This document shows positions 19,358 to 27,864 of a DNA stretch of 62,220 nt, piece after piece (position 1 is the first letter of the stretch; each line of letters starts with the position of its first letter). The stretch is from Acidobacteriota bacterium (lineage in GTDB: Bacteria; Acidobacteriota; JAQAZP01), in contig JAQAZP010000019.1 of NCBI GenBank assembly GCA_032127265.1, forward strand, positions 1-62,220, in the 5' to 3' direction. The notes beneath the pieces are model-generated. The model ran no database searches, was not told the origin of the DNA, and was given only the letters and a program-made list of their open reading frames with translations. Position numbers and translations under genes: made by a program.

Positions 19358-19565
19358 CTCAAACAGGTATCGGCGGAAGTCCAGATTTCGTAAAGGGATA
19401 TTGCCCTTCAGGAACGCCGGGACCGCTGAACTGAATTACGGACTTTACGTCTCTGCCGGTATACGTATAATAACGGGCGTCCGGCGCCGGTGCGCCGGCG
19501 TCCCCGCCAGGGCCGTGTTGGTCCCGGGTGGCCTGGTGAAAGCGGCAACAGCCCGAGGAACGACC

Positions 19566-20363
19566 ATGCCCTCCTTTTTCATGCAGCGGGTTGTCAATCC
19601 CCTGCGGACCCGTCTGAGCTACCTGCATCCCAGCTACTTTGTCTTCCGCCGCATTCAGCAGGCCACCGGATACCTGGTCCACTCGGGACCGTTCAGCGGC
19701 ATGAAATACCTCGGAACCAGTGTGGGCAGCCAGTTTTACCCCAAGATTCTCGGGACCTACGAGAAGGAATTGCATCCTGCCATCGAGAAGCTCTGTTCGA
19801 TGAAATTCGATCACGTGGTCAACGTGGGAGCCGGGGAGGGGTATTATGCCGTCGGTCTGGCCATGCGCATGCCCGGGGCGGGTGTCATCGCTTTCGAATC
19901 GGACGAGGCCGGGCAGGCCTGTACCCGCAGGATGGCACAGGTCAACGGCGTCCAGACCCGGGTCATCATCCATGGGCTGTGCGACATCCCGGCATTTTCT
20001 AACTGCTTCAGCCGCAGCACAAACTGTCTCGTCTTCATGGATGTGGAGGGGGCCGAGAGTCTGCTCCTCGATCCCCACGTGGTTCCCGAACTGTCGGAGG
20101 TTCACATCCTCGTGGAACTGCATGATTTCATCTACCGTCAGATCGGGGACCTGCTCGGTGATCGGTTTGGACAGAGCCACCGAATCACCGAGATCGTGTC
20201 CAAACCACGGACGGTGGCTGATTACCCGTTCCCCATCTCCGCCCTCTTTGCGCGGTTGTGCCGAAAGTATCTTCTCCGCTCCATCAGCGAGAACCGCCCC
20301 GGGCGCATGCGCTGGTTCTATCTCGAACCTCGTCCCTTCCCGGCTTCCGGCCATTCTGCTTGA
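19566..20363 (+). CDS. Class I SAM-dependent (FkbM-like) methyltransferase
   Basis: ATG at 19566 (MPSFFMQRVVNPL) follows GAGGA. Motif I is VVNVGAGEGYYAVGLA, followed by VIAFESDE. The upstream part of the track ORF (from 19206) overlaps the opposite-strand fragment and lacks coding character. Confidence 0.75.
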   Translation: MPSFFMQRVVNPLRTRLSYLHPSYFVFRRIQQATGYLVHSGPFSGMKYLGTSVGSQFYPKILGTYEKELHPAIEKLCSMKFDHVVNVGAGEGYYAVGLAMRMPGAGVIAFESDEAGQACTRRMAQVNGVQTRVIIHGLCDIPAFSNCFSRSTNCLVFMDVEGAESLLLDPHVVPELSEVHILVELHDFIYRQIGDLLGDRFGQSHRITEIVSKPRTVADYPFPISALFARLCRKYLLRSISENRPGRMRWFYLEPRPFPASGHSA

Positions 20364-20478
20364 AACCATTTTGTCCTTTGCCCGGATTCGACGGCCTGTT
20401 AGAATGTCGACCGCCACTGTCCGGGATGCCTCAGCATGATCTGACCGCCGTTTTGGCGGGTCATCAGGGAGTTGTCGC

Positions 20479-22896
20479 TTGAATTATTTCCGTAAAACGT
20501 TGATTTTGCTCACGTTGTTGATCTGTGTTTCCCCCGGCGCTTCAGTCGGCGCTCTGACCGGGGCGGACTCCGGGTTGTTCGCCGAAAAGCCGGACCTGTT
20601 TCGCATCGTGTTGATCGGCGGGGACGACCTTCACGTGCTGGTGGCGATGGATCTCGATATCACCACGGTCCGGCCCGGGCAATACGCCGAGGCATACCTC
20701 GCGGCCGGGGAACGGCTGGAGGTGATGGCCCGGGGCTTCACGGTCTACCCCATTGTGGATACCAGCCGGGAGTATCTGGAGACCATCGGGCAACAGGGCT
20801 TCATCCCCCAGCCGGGGCGTGAATGGACCAGCTATCCCACCTTCAGCGAAATGGAAACCTGGATGCAGGACATGGAGACCTCCTATCCCGGTCTCTGCGA
20901 CCTGTTCAGCATCGGCCAGTCCACCAACGGCCACGACCTCTGGGTGATGAAGATCAGCGACAACGCCGGCACCGAGGAGGCCGAGCCGGAATTCAAATAT
21001 ATCGGCGCGATGCACGGCAACGAGACCCTCTGCGTGCCGCTGCTGCTCAACCTCATCGAGCATCTGCTGGTGAATTACGGCTCCGACCCGGCCATCACCG
21101 CCCTGGTGGACAACCGTGAGATCTTCATCATGCCGCTGATGAACCCTGACGGCTATATCTCGGGCTCGCGTTATAACGCCCAGGGCAGGGATCTGAACCG
21201 TGATTTTCCCGATTTCATCGAAGACCCGGTGAACACACCCGACGGCCGGGGCACCGAGACCCAGCTGGTGATGCTCTGGCAGCTGGAGCAGACGTTCGTG
21301 CTCTCGGCCAACTTCCATACCGGGGCGACGGTGGTGAACTACCCCTGGGATTCCACCTGGGACTACTGCCCGGACGACACGGTCTTCTACAACCTGGCCC
21401 TCGGGTACGCCTCGCGCAACGAGCCGATGTACAACAGTTCCTATTTCGAGGACGGTGTGACCCGGGGCGTCGAGTGGTATATGACCCACGGTTGCATGCA
21501 GGACTGGAATTACTACTGGTATGCCGACTACGATGTGATCATCGAACTGTCCGACCCCTCATCGCCGCCCGCCTCCCAGATCGCCGGCTACTGGGACGAC
21601 AACCGGGAGTCGATGCTCTACCACATCGACCTGGCCGGCAAGGGACTCACCGGCACGGTGACCGATGCGGTCACTGGCCAACCCGTGGCTGCCGAAATCA
21701 CTGTCCAGGGCATCGACATGCCCACCCCGGTGCACTGCGACCCGGATCACGGCAACTATGTCCGGCCGCTCTACACCGGGAGCTACACCGTGACATACAG
21801 CGCGGCTGGATACGAGCCCCAGACATTGAACGATGTCCCCGTAACCTGGGAAGAGGCTACCATCAGGGACATTTCCCTGCTGCCGCTGGATACCGCCAGG
21901 GTGGTGACCGGCCCCGGTCCCGCTTCCGCGAACCCGCCGCTGGTCCGGGTATACAGTGCCCAGGCGCCGGATATGCCCCTAGCTGAATGGTCGGCCTACG
22001 GAACACCTGCCTGGGGCGTGAACCTTGCCGCCGGCGACCTGGACGGCAACGGCCGGGCCGAAGTGATCACCGGTGCCGGGCCCGGCGCGGTGTTCGGCCC
22101 CCATGTCCGTGCCTTTACCCCCACCGGGACTGCAGTATCCGCGGTCAGCTTTCTCGCCTACGGAACCAACAAATTCGGGGTCAACGTCGCTGCCGGCGAT
22201 ATCGACGGTGACGGCAACGATGAGCTTGTCACTGGTGCCGGTCCTGGTGCGGTGTTTGGACCCCACGTCCGTGGGTGGAACGTGGACGGCGGGGTGCCCG
22301 CATCTATTGGCGCCATCAACTTCTTTGCCTACGGCACACCCAAGTGGGGGGTCAACGTGGCCTGTGGCGACATCGATGGCGACGGCTTTGACGAGATTGT
22401 CACCGGTGCCGGACCGGGTTCGGTCTATGGCCCGCATGTCCGCGGCTGGAACTACGATGACGGGGCCATCGCGCCGATCAACGGTGTGAGTCTTCTAGCC
22501 TACGGCACAAACCAGTACGGGGTCAACGTGGCCTGTGGCGACATCGATGGCGACGGCATCGACGAGATCATTGCCGGCCCCGGCCCCGGTGTGGTATTCG
22601 GCCCCCATGTCCGTGCCTGGAACTGGGACGGCAGCGGTTCGGCCACCTCGATCACCGGTGTCAGTTTTTTTGCCTATCCTGGCGCACTTTATGGAGTAAG
22701 GGTCTCCTGTGGCGATGTGGACGGCGACGGGTTCGACGAGATCCTTACCATGCCCGGTCCCGACCCGGACCAGCCGGCCCGGCTGAGGTCCTGGGAGGTG
22801 GACGGCGAATCCGTGGTGGCCGGCAATATTGATTTTGACGCCTTTGCCGACCTCGAACTGGGCCACGGCGGGAACGTGGCTGGCGGCGCCTTTTAG
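20479..22896 (+). CDS. Secreted M14 zinc carboxypeptidase with regulatory (CarboxypepD_reg-like) domain and FG-GAP cassette
   Basis: TTG start with signal peptide MNYFRKTLILLTLLICVSPGASVGA. Zinc site: IGAMHGNETL (HxxE) and ANFHTGATVVNYPWD. Catalytic Glu region: DVIIELSD. Then GLTGTVTDAVTGQPVAAEITVQG (beta-sandwich). Then the cassette. Confidence 0.9.
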   Translation: MNYFRKTLILLTLLICVSPGASVGALTGADSGLFAEKPDLFRIVLIGGDDLHVLVAMDLDITTVRPGQYAEAYLAAGERLEVMARGFTVYPIVDTSREYLETIGQQGFIPQPGREWTSYPTFSEMETWMQDMETSYPGLCDLFSIGQSTNGHDLWVMKISDNAGTEEAEPEFKYIGAMHGNETLCVPLLLNLIEHLLVNYGSDPAITALVDNREIFIMPLMNPDGYISGSRYNAQGRDLNRDFPDFIEDPVNTPDGRGTETQLVMLWQLEQTFVLSANFHTGATVVNYPWDSTWDYCPDDTVFYNLALGYASRNEPMYNSSYFEDGVTRGVEWYMTHGCMQDWNYYWYADYDVIIELSDPSSPPASQIAGYWDDNRESMLYHIDLAGKGLTGTVTDAVTGQPVAAEITVQGIDMPTPVHCDPDHGNYVRPLYTGSYTVTYSAAGYEPQTLNDVPVTWEEATIRDISLLPLDTARVVTGPGPASANPPLVRVYSAQAPDMPLAEWSAYGTPAWGVNLAAGDLDGNGRAEVITGAGPGAVFGPHVRAFTPTGTAVSAVSFLAYGTNKFGVNVAAGDIDGDGNDELVTGAGPGAVFGPHVRGWNVDGGVPASIGAINFFAYGTPKWGVNVACGDIDGDGFDEIVTGAGPGSVYGPHVRGWNYDDGAIAPINGVSLLAYGTNQYGVNVACGDIDGDGIDEIIAGPGPGVVFGPHVRAWNWDGSGSATSITGVSFFAYPGALYGVRVSCGDVDGDGFDEILTMPGPDPDQPARLRSWEVDGESVVAGNIDFDAFADLELGHGGNVAGGAF
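21901..22893 (+). repeat. FG-GAP cassette copy (M14 protein)
   Basis: Opening strand VVTGPGPASANPPLVRVY. Ca loops: GDLDGNGRAE, GDIDGDGNDE, GDIDGDGFDE, GDIDGDGIDE, GDVDGDGFDE. Closing strand NIDFDAFADLELGHGGNVAGGAF-stop. Confidence 0.8.
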
Positions 22897-23045
22897 GACC
22901 GAACACCATCCGGCCGGCCCTCGGATGCTTTGGAGTGGGGGGCGGTATCCTCTTCATATGCTGAACTTGAATATAAATCAGCGATGTGTGATCCTATAAC
23001 CGACAACAATAACAGAGATAGTGTGAAATAAGGAGTTTGCTCGGG

Positions 23046-23441
23046 ATGAGGAGACGCACCGTACTGAAATCGATCGTGGCGGCCCTGGGGGCTGTTTTCT
23101 TCTGGCCGGCCCGGACGGCCAGAGCCGGCAAGCTGGCCATCGGACTGGACAAACTGACCAAGCTGAAGGAAGTGGGCTCGTCGATGACGATCAAGCTCGA
23201 GGGACGGATGGTGATGTTCATCCGGGACGGTGAGAACTCGGTGATCGGGCTCGACCCCACCTGCACCCACCAACAGTGCATCGTTGAGCACAAGGCGGGC
23301 AGCGACAAGATTGAATGCCCCTGCCACGGGTCGGTTTACGACCTCCAGGGGAATGTGCTCAAGGGCCCGGCCGAGAAGCCGCTCCCTCGCTACGAGACAT
23401 CTCTGACGGACCAGCGGGTCGTCATCGACCTGGTGGAATGA
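23046..23441 (+). CDS. Rieske [2Fe-2S] protein with Tat signal
   Basis: MRRRTVLKSIVAALGAVFFWPARTARA is a twin-arginine signal. The Rieske boxes are CTHQQC and CPCHGS. AAGGAG lies 10 nt upstream of ATG 23046. The track TTG at 23037 is too close to the RBS. Confidence 0.85.
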   Translation: MRRRTVLKSIVAALGAVFFWPARTARAGKLAIGLDKLTKLKEVGSSMTIKLEGRMVMFIRDGENSVIGLDPTCTHQQCIVEHKAGSDKIECPCHGSVYDLQGNVLKGPAEKPLPRYETSLTDQRVVIDLVE

Positions 23442-23460
23442 TCACCGGGAGGGCCGAACG

Positions 23461-24087
23461 ATGAACGGACCGGACCGACCTCACCCCCTGTTCCCTCGCC
23501 TGGTATCTCTGCTCATCCTGCTTTGTGCAGCAATGCTGGCCCTGCCCGCGGTGCCGTCCATCGCCCAGGAGGCAGCGGACAGCGGCACGGCAGAGATCAA
23601 GGAAGCGGACAGTTTCGTTGATTTCGAAATCGTGGAGGCTGATCCATCCCCCGGACTCCCGGAGCTGGCCGGTCGAATGCACCCTGCCCTGGTTCATTTT
23701 CCCATCGGCTGGATCGCCCTGGTGGTGCTCCTCGACCTGCTGACCATTGTCCTGGGTCGCCGCGAACTGGAGGCGGCCGGGCTCTGGGCGCTGTTTCTCG
23801 GCGTGCTCGCTTTCATCCCCGCGGCGGCCACCGGGCTGCTCCGGGCCTATTACCTGACGGTTTCCCCCGGTATCTACTACCCGGTGGAGACGCACCGCAA
23901 CTTGGCTTTTCTGGTCTTCCTGATCTGCTTCGCGGCGCTGGTGCTCCGCTTCAAGTCGAGGAAGAAATTCACCGGAACGGTGCAGTGGGTCTATCTGGCC
24001 TTGATGGTTACCGCTGCCGGGCTGATCGGCTTTGTCGGGCACCTGGGCGGCAAAATGGTATACGGCGAGAACTTCCTGCCGTTCTGA
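23461..24087 (+). CDS. DUF2231-family membrane protein (common Rieske partner)
   Basis: 208 aa with signal/anchor plus four TM segments and HPALVHFPIGWIALVVLLD. GGAGGG RBS. It follows the Rieske gene by 19 nt. Confidence 0.7.
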   Translation: MNGPDRPHPLFPRLVSLLILLCAAMLALPAVPSIAQEAADSGTAEIKEADSFVDFEIVEADPSPGLPELAGRMHPALVHFPIGWIALVVLLDLLTIVLGRRELEAAGLWALFLGVLAFIPAAATGLLRAYYLTVSPGIYYPVETHRNLAFLVFLICFAALVLRFKSRKKFTGTVQWVYLALMVTAAGLIGFVGHLGGKMVYGENFLPF

Positions 24088-24374
24088 GGCGCCGCTCGAT
24101 CAAAATTGTCCCGCGGCAACGCCGGCCCGGTGCGTCAGGTTCCCCTCCGATATCACCAGAGCGAACCGCTCCGCCACTGTCATGCCGATATGGCTGAATA
24201 CTTTGAACTGGTTGCCTGCTGCGGGATCCGATTGATGCGGCAGGGAACAACCGAGCAGGTATAATCGTTCTTATGGTATGCGTTCCCGAACAGCTGTCGG
24301 GGCGAGTCCGGATCGAGCCGAACCAGGTAGAACAACCGGGAGAAAGGGCTTCCGCATCTCGGGGAGGAGATTTC

Positions 24375-27164
24375 ATGTGCCGCAGAATCACGAAAATTGT
24401 TTTAGTGTGCCTGATCGGATTTATGGCCGCCGTGCCGGCCATGGCCCAGACCAGGGAGATGCCGAAACGTGTCGATGGTGCGCTGGCCTGTCAGCAGGGC
24501 AAAGCGGCGTTCGCCAGGGCCGCGGCGGATTGGAAGAGTCGGTCAACCGACAACTACGATGCGATCTCCTACACCCTGACCATCGATCTCGATATGGACG
24601 CCCGGACCATTACCGCGCAGTGTGACGTGGGGATCGAGAGTACCGAGGCCGGCCTGACCGAATTCACTCTGGATTTTGTCGGCCTCACCGTCACCGGGGT
24701 CATGGAAGGCGGCGGCACTGCCGTGACCTGGACTCACGAAAACGAGGAGCTCCGGATCACGCCCTCGTTACCGATGAGCATCGGCGAATCGCGGATCTTC
24801 TCCATCACTTACGAGGGGACGCCCTCCCGGGGTCTCTTTTTCACAGGCAGCAACGGCGGGACCGCATACACCATGGGCCAGCCCGAGGACGCCCGCTACT
24901 GGTTTCCCTGCCGCGACATCCCCGATGACAAGGCCGAGTGGTACCGCGGCCACATCACCGCCCCTTCCGACCTGCTGGTGGCTTCCAATGGCGACCTCCA
25001 GGGGATCGTGGACAACGGCGACGGCACCAGCACCACCAGCTACTTCCTCGACTACCCGATCCCCAGCTACCTGGTGTCGGTGGCCGTCTCGGACTACGCG
25101 ATTCTGGAACAGACCACGCCCAGCGGTATCCCGATCAAGTCCTTTGTCTACCCCAGCCACTATGACGACGCGGCATTCGACTGGGCCAACATGCCGGCGA
25201 TGTTTGCGTTTTACGAGACTGTGTTCGAGCCCTATCCCTTCGACACCTACGGTCACGCCGTGGCGCCGTTCGGCGGGGCCATGGAAAACGAGACCATGAC
25301 CACCTGGAGCCCGAACCTGGTGGATGGCCAGCGGAGCTATGAGGGCACGGTGGCCCACGAACTGGCCCACCAGTGGTGGGGCGATCTGGTGACCTGCGGC
25401 ACCTGGATGGATATCTGGCTCAACGAGGGATCAGCGACATACTTTGACGCTCTGTTCACCGAGCACTTTTACGGGGACGAGGCGTTCCGCGCCCAGATGA
25501 TCAACAACCGTTGGAGTTACTTCTCGGGTGAAGTGGACTACGAAGGCCGCTTCCCGATCTATGATCCGGACTACATGTGGGGCGGCACGGTCTACCGCAA
25601 GGGCGCCTGGATTCTGCACATGATTCGCAGCCAGGTGGGCTACAACACCTTTGTCGACATCTACCGCGAGTGGGCCGACCGCTACCGCTACGACTCGGCC
25701 ACCACCGCCGATTTCCAGCAGGTGATCGAGGACGTCACCGGCGAGGACTGGGACTGGTTCTTCGACCAGTGGGTTTACATGGCCGGCTACCCCGAATACC
25801 GGGTCAACTGGACCACCTCCGCCGGCAATCTCTACGTCACCATCGATCAGATCCAGGAGGTGGACGCCATCACCCCGCTCTTCGATATGCCGCTGGACCT
25901 GCTGATCCAGACTCCGGGCGGTGATGTGGAGACCACCGTCCATGTGGACCAGCAGTCGGAGACCTTCATCTTCTCCGTGCCGGCCGAGCCGACCCGGGTC
26001 ATTTTCGATCCCGGGCTGAAAGTGCTGTGCAAGATCCAGAGCGAGAACGGCCTGGTGGTGGCCCCGGGCCCGGATTGGGACAACGCTTCAGTGGCCAGGG
26101 CCTTTGACCCCTACGGTGCCCCCCTGGGGCCCGAAATCACGGCCTACGGTGTTCCCCATTTCGGGGCCAATGTGGCGGCCGGTGACGTAGACGGGGACGG
26201 CTACGACGAGATCCTCACCGGTGCCGGTCCGGGACCGGTGTTCGGCGCCCATGTCCGCGGTTTCGAGGTGGACGGTTCACCGCTGGCCGGCCTGAGCTTC
26301 CTGGCCTACGGCACGCCAAAGTGGGGTGTCAATGTCGGTGCCGGGGACTTCGACGGTGACGGGTTTGACGAGATTCTCACCGGTGCTGGTCCGGGAGCCG
26401 TGTTCGGGCCGCACGTTCGTGCTTTCGATTACGATGGCTCGGCGCCCGTGGTGCCGATGCCCAGTGTCTCCTATTTCGCCTACGGCACTCTCCGTTACGG
26501 TGTGAATGTCACCGCCGGTGATATCGACGGCGACGGGTTTGACGAGATCGTCACCGGTGCCGGTCCGGGACCGGTGTTCGGCGCCCACGTCCGGGGCTGG
26601 AATGTTGATGGCGGGCCGGCGGCCGCGATCCCCGCGGCCAGTTTTTTCGCTTACAGCACGCCGCGCTGGGGCGTGAATGTGGCCTGCGGCGACATCGATG
26701 CCGATGGGATGGCCGAGATCATTACCGCTCCCGGTCCCAGTGCGTCTTTCCCCAGCCAGATCCGCGCCTTCAACTATGACGGTTCAGCGGTGACACCCAT
26801 CGACGAAATCAACTTCTTTGTTTTCGGTACCATGTATGGCGCCCGGGTGGGCTCCGGAGACATGGACGGCGACGGCACCGAGGACATCCTCGTCTCCCCC
26901 GGACCCCAACCGGGAATCGGTGCCTGGGCGGTGATCATCACCCTCAATCAGAACGGTCAAGGCGAACTGCACTACGCGTTCGATGCAATCCCGGGCATGA
27001 CGGCAGGTGGCAACCTCGCCGGGGGCCGCTTCCCGCTGGACGGCCGGGCCCGGCACTCTGCTGAGCCTCCGGTGGTGGGGCCGGTCGCGGACCACATGGG
27101 CCGGGGGATTCCCCAACCGCAATATACTGCTTCTGATTTTGCCCCGTGGCCGGTGAAGCATTAG
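24375..27164 (+). CDS. Secreted M1 family aminopeptidase with FG-GAP cassette and short C-terminal extension
   Basis: ATG 24375 follows GGAGG. Signal peptide: MCRRITKIVLVCLIGFMAAVPAMAQ. Exopeptidase motif: GGAMENE. Zinc site: HELAHQWWGD plus WLNEGSATY. The cassette starts at LVVAPGPDWDN. Confidence 0.9.
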   Translation: MCRRITKIVLVCLIGFMAAVPAMAQTREMPKRVDGALACQQGKAAFARAAADWKSRSTDNYDAISYTLTIDLDMDARTITAQCDVGIESTEAGLTEFTLDFVGLTVTGVMEGGGTAVTWTHENEELRITPSLPMSIGESRIFSITYEGTPSRGLFFTGSNGGTAYTMGQPEDARYWFPCRDIPDDKAEWYRGHITAPSDLLVASNGDLQGIVDNGDGTSTTSYFLDYPIPSYLVSVAVSDYAILEQTTPSGIPIKSFVYPSHYDDAAFDWANMPAMFAFYETVFEPYPFDTYGHAVAPFGGAMENETMTTWSPNLVDGQRSYEGTVAHELAHQWWGDLVTCGTWMDIWLNEGSATYFDALFTEHFYGDEAFRAQMINNRWSYFSGEVDYEGRFPIYDPDYMWGGTVYRKGAWILHMIRSQVGYNTFVDIYREWADRYRYDSATTADFQQVIEDVTGEDWDWFFDQWVYMAGYPEYRVNWTTSAGNLYVTIDQIQEVDAITPLFDMPLDLLIQTPGGDVETTVHVDQQSETFIFSVPAEPTRVIFDPGLKVLCKIQSENGLVVAPGPDWDNASVARAFDPYGAPLGPEITAYGVPHFGANVAAGDVDGDGYDEILTGAGPGPVFGAHVRGFEVDGSPLAGLSFLAYGTPKWGVNVGAGDFDGDGFDEILTGAGPGAVFGPHVRAFDYDGSAPVVPMPSVSYFAYGTLRYGVNVTAGDIDGDGFDEIVTGAGPGPVFGAHVRGWNVDGGPAAAIPAASFFAYSTPRWGVNVACGDIDADGMAEIITAPGPSASFPSQIRAFNYDGSAVTPIDEINFFVFGTMYGARVGSGDMDGDGTEDILVSPGPQPGIGAWAVIITLNQNGQGELHYAFDAIPGMTAGGNLAGGRFPLDGRARHSAEPPVVGPVADHMGRGIPQPQYTASDFAPWPVKH
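26052..27032 (+). repeat. FG-GAP cassette copy (M1 protein)
   Basis: Ca loops: GDVDGDGYDE, GDFDGDGFDE, GDIDGDGFDE, GDIDADGMAE, GDMDGDGTED. Closing strand ..AGGNLAGGRF. Unlike the other copies, the ORF continues for ~43 more residues. Confidence 0.75.
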
Positions 27165-27193
27165 CTGCGGCTAAATAAGAATTGATTGAGCAG

Positions 27194-27245
27194 CGCCCCT
27201 GGCCGGTGGCGGGTATCCCGCTTCCGGTCGGGGGCGTTTTGTTTT
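27194..27245 (+). terminator. Intrinsic terminator after the M1 peptidase gene
   Basis: Outer stem CGCCCC (27194-27199) pairs with GGGGCG (27231-27236). It encloses inner pairings GGCCGG/CCGGTC and GGCGGG/CCCGC. TTTTGTTTT follows. A perfect TATAAT at 27271-27276 precedes the next gene. Confidence 0.55.
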
Positions 27246-27306
27246 CGGTGAATGATGGTCCGTGCTGGGCTATAATGGTGCCGGAGCGGTTGGAGGAGGT
27301 GCGATC

Positions 27307-27864
27307 ATGTTTGGAACCATCGGCCAGGACACCATTCGCCGGGTCTGCGCCTGGTGCAGCATGGATATGGGACAGGTGGACGGCCAGGCACCCCACCGCT
27401 ATCCCGTGACCCACGGCATATGCGACGACTGCTCCCACATCCTTTCCAACTTCAAGGATGTTTCCCTCGATCAGCTGATCAGCAAGCTGGACGGCCCGGT
27501 GATGGTGGTGGACGAGATCTCGGGGGAGGTGGTGGCGGCGAATGCTGATGCTGCCGCAACCTTCGGCAAATCTGCCGGCGATATGGTCGGACAACGTGGC
27601 GGCAATGTGATGGAGTGCATCCATTCCACCGAGCCGGAGGGCTGCGGCCGCACCGTTCACTGTTCGGGCTGCAGTATTCGCAGACTGGTCAGTGATACCA
27701 CGGCATCGGGGCTGGGTGTGGACCGGACACCCACCTACCAGTACCGGGTCACGCCTCGGGGTATTTTAAAGCAGCACTACCTGATCAGCACCGAGAAAAT
27801 AGAAGACCTGATCCTGCTGCGAATCGAGCCATGTCCAGGCGGGGAGGGGGTCTCGCCTAGATGA
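27307..27864 (+). CDS. Cys-rich hypothetical protein: N-terminal CxxC..CxxC zinc-ribbon-like motif, PAS-like core and a C-x8-C-x5-C-x2-C cluster
   Basis: MFGTIGQDTIRRVCAWCSMDMGQ..HGICDDCSH; then VMVVDEISGEVVAANADAAATFGKSAGDMVGQ (PAS-like); then MECIHSTEPEGCGRTVHCSGCSIRR. RBS GGAGGAGG. Its stop overlaps the next start (ATGA at 27861-27864). Confidence 0.6.
   Translation: MFGTIGQDTIRRVCAWCSMDMGQVDGQAPHRYPVTHGICDDCSHILSNFKDVSLDQLISKLDGPVMVVDEISGEVVAANADAAATFGKSAGDMVGQRGGNVMECIHSTEPEGCGRTVHCSGCSIRRLVSDTTASGLGVDRTPTYQYRVTPRGILKQHYLISTEKIEDLILLRIEPCPGGEGVSPR

Noticed and set aside
21901-22893. Regular ~165-175-nt periodicity, considered as a possible CRISPR or satellite array
   Set aside because: The period is coding (54-58 codons) and in frame within a long ORF. 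The units diverge mainly at synonymous sites and there are no unique spacers. These are protein repeats (FG-GAP blades), not a CRISPR array.
22907-22933. CATCCG-N9-CGGATG hairpin after the M14 gene, considered as a terminator
   Set aside because: It is a short stem with a 9-nt loop and only CTTTGG downstream. This is much weaker than the terminators accepted at 27194 and 29789, so I left it unannotated.
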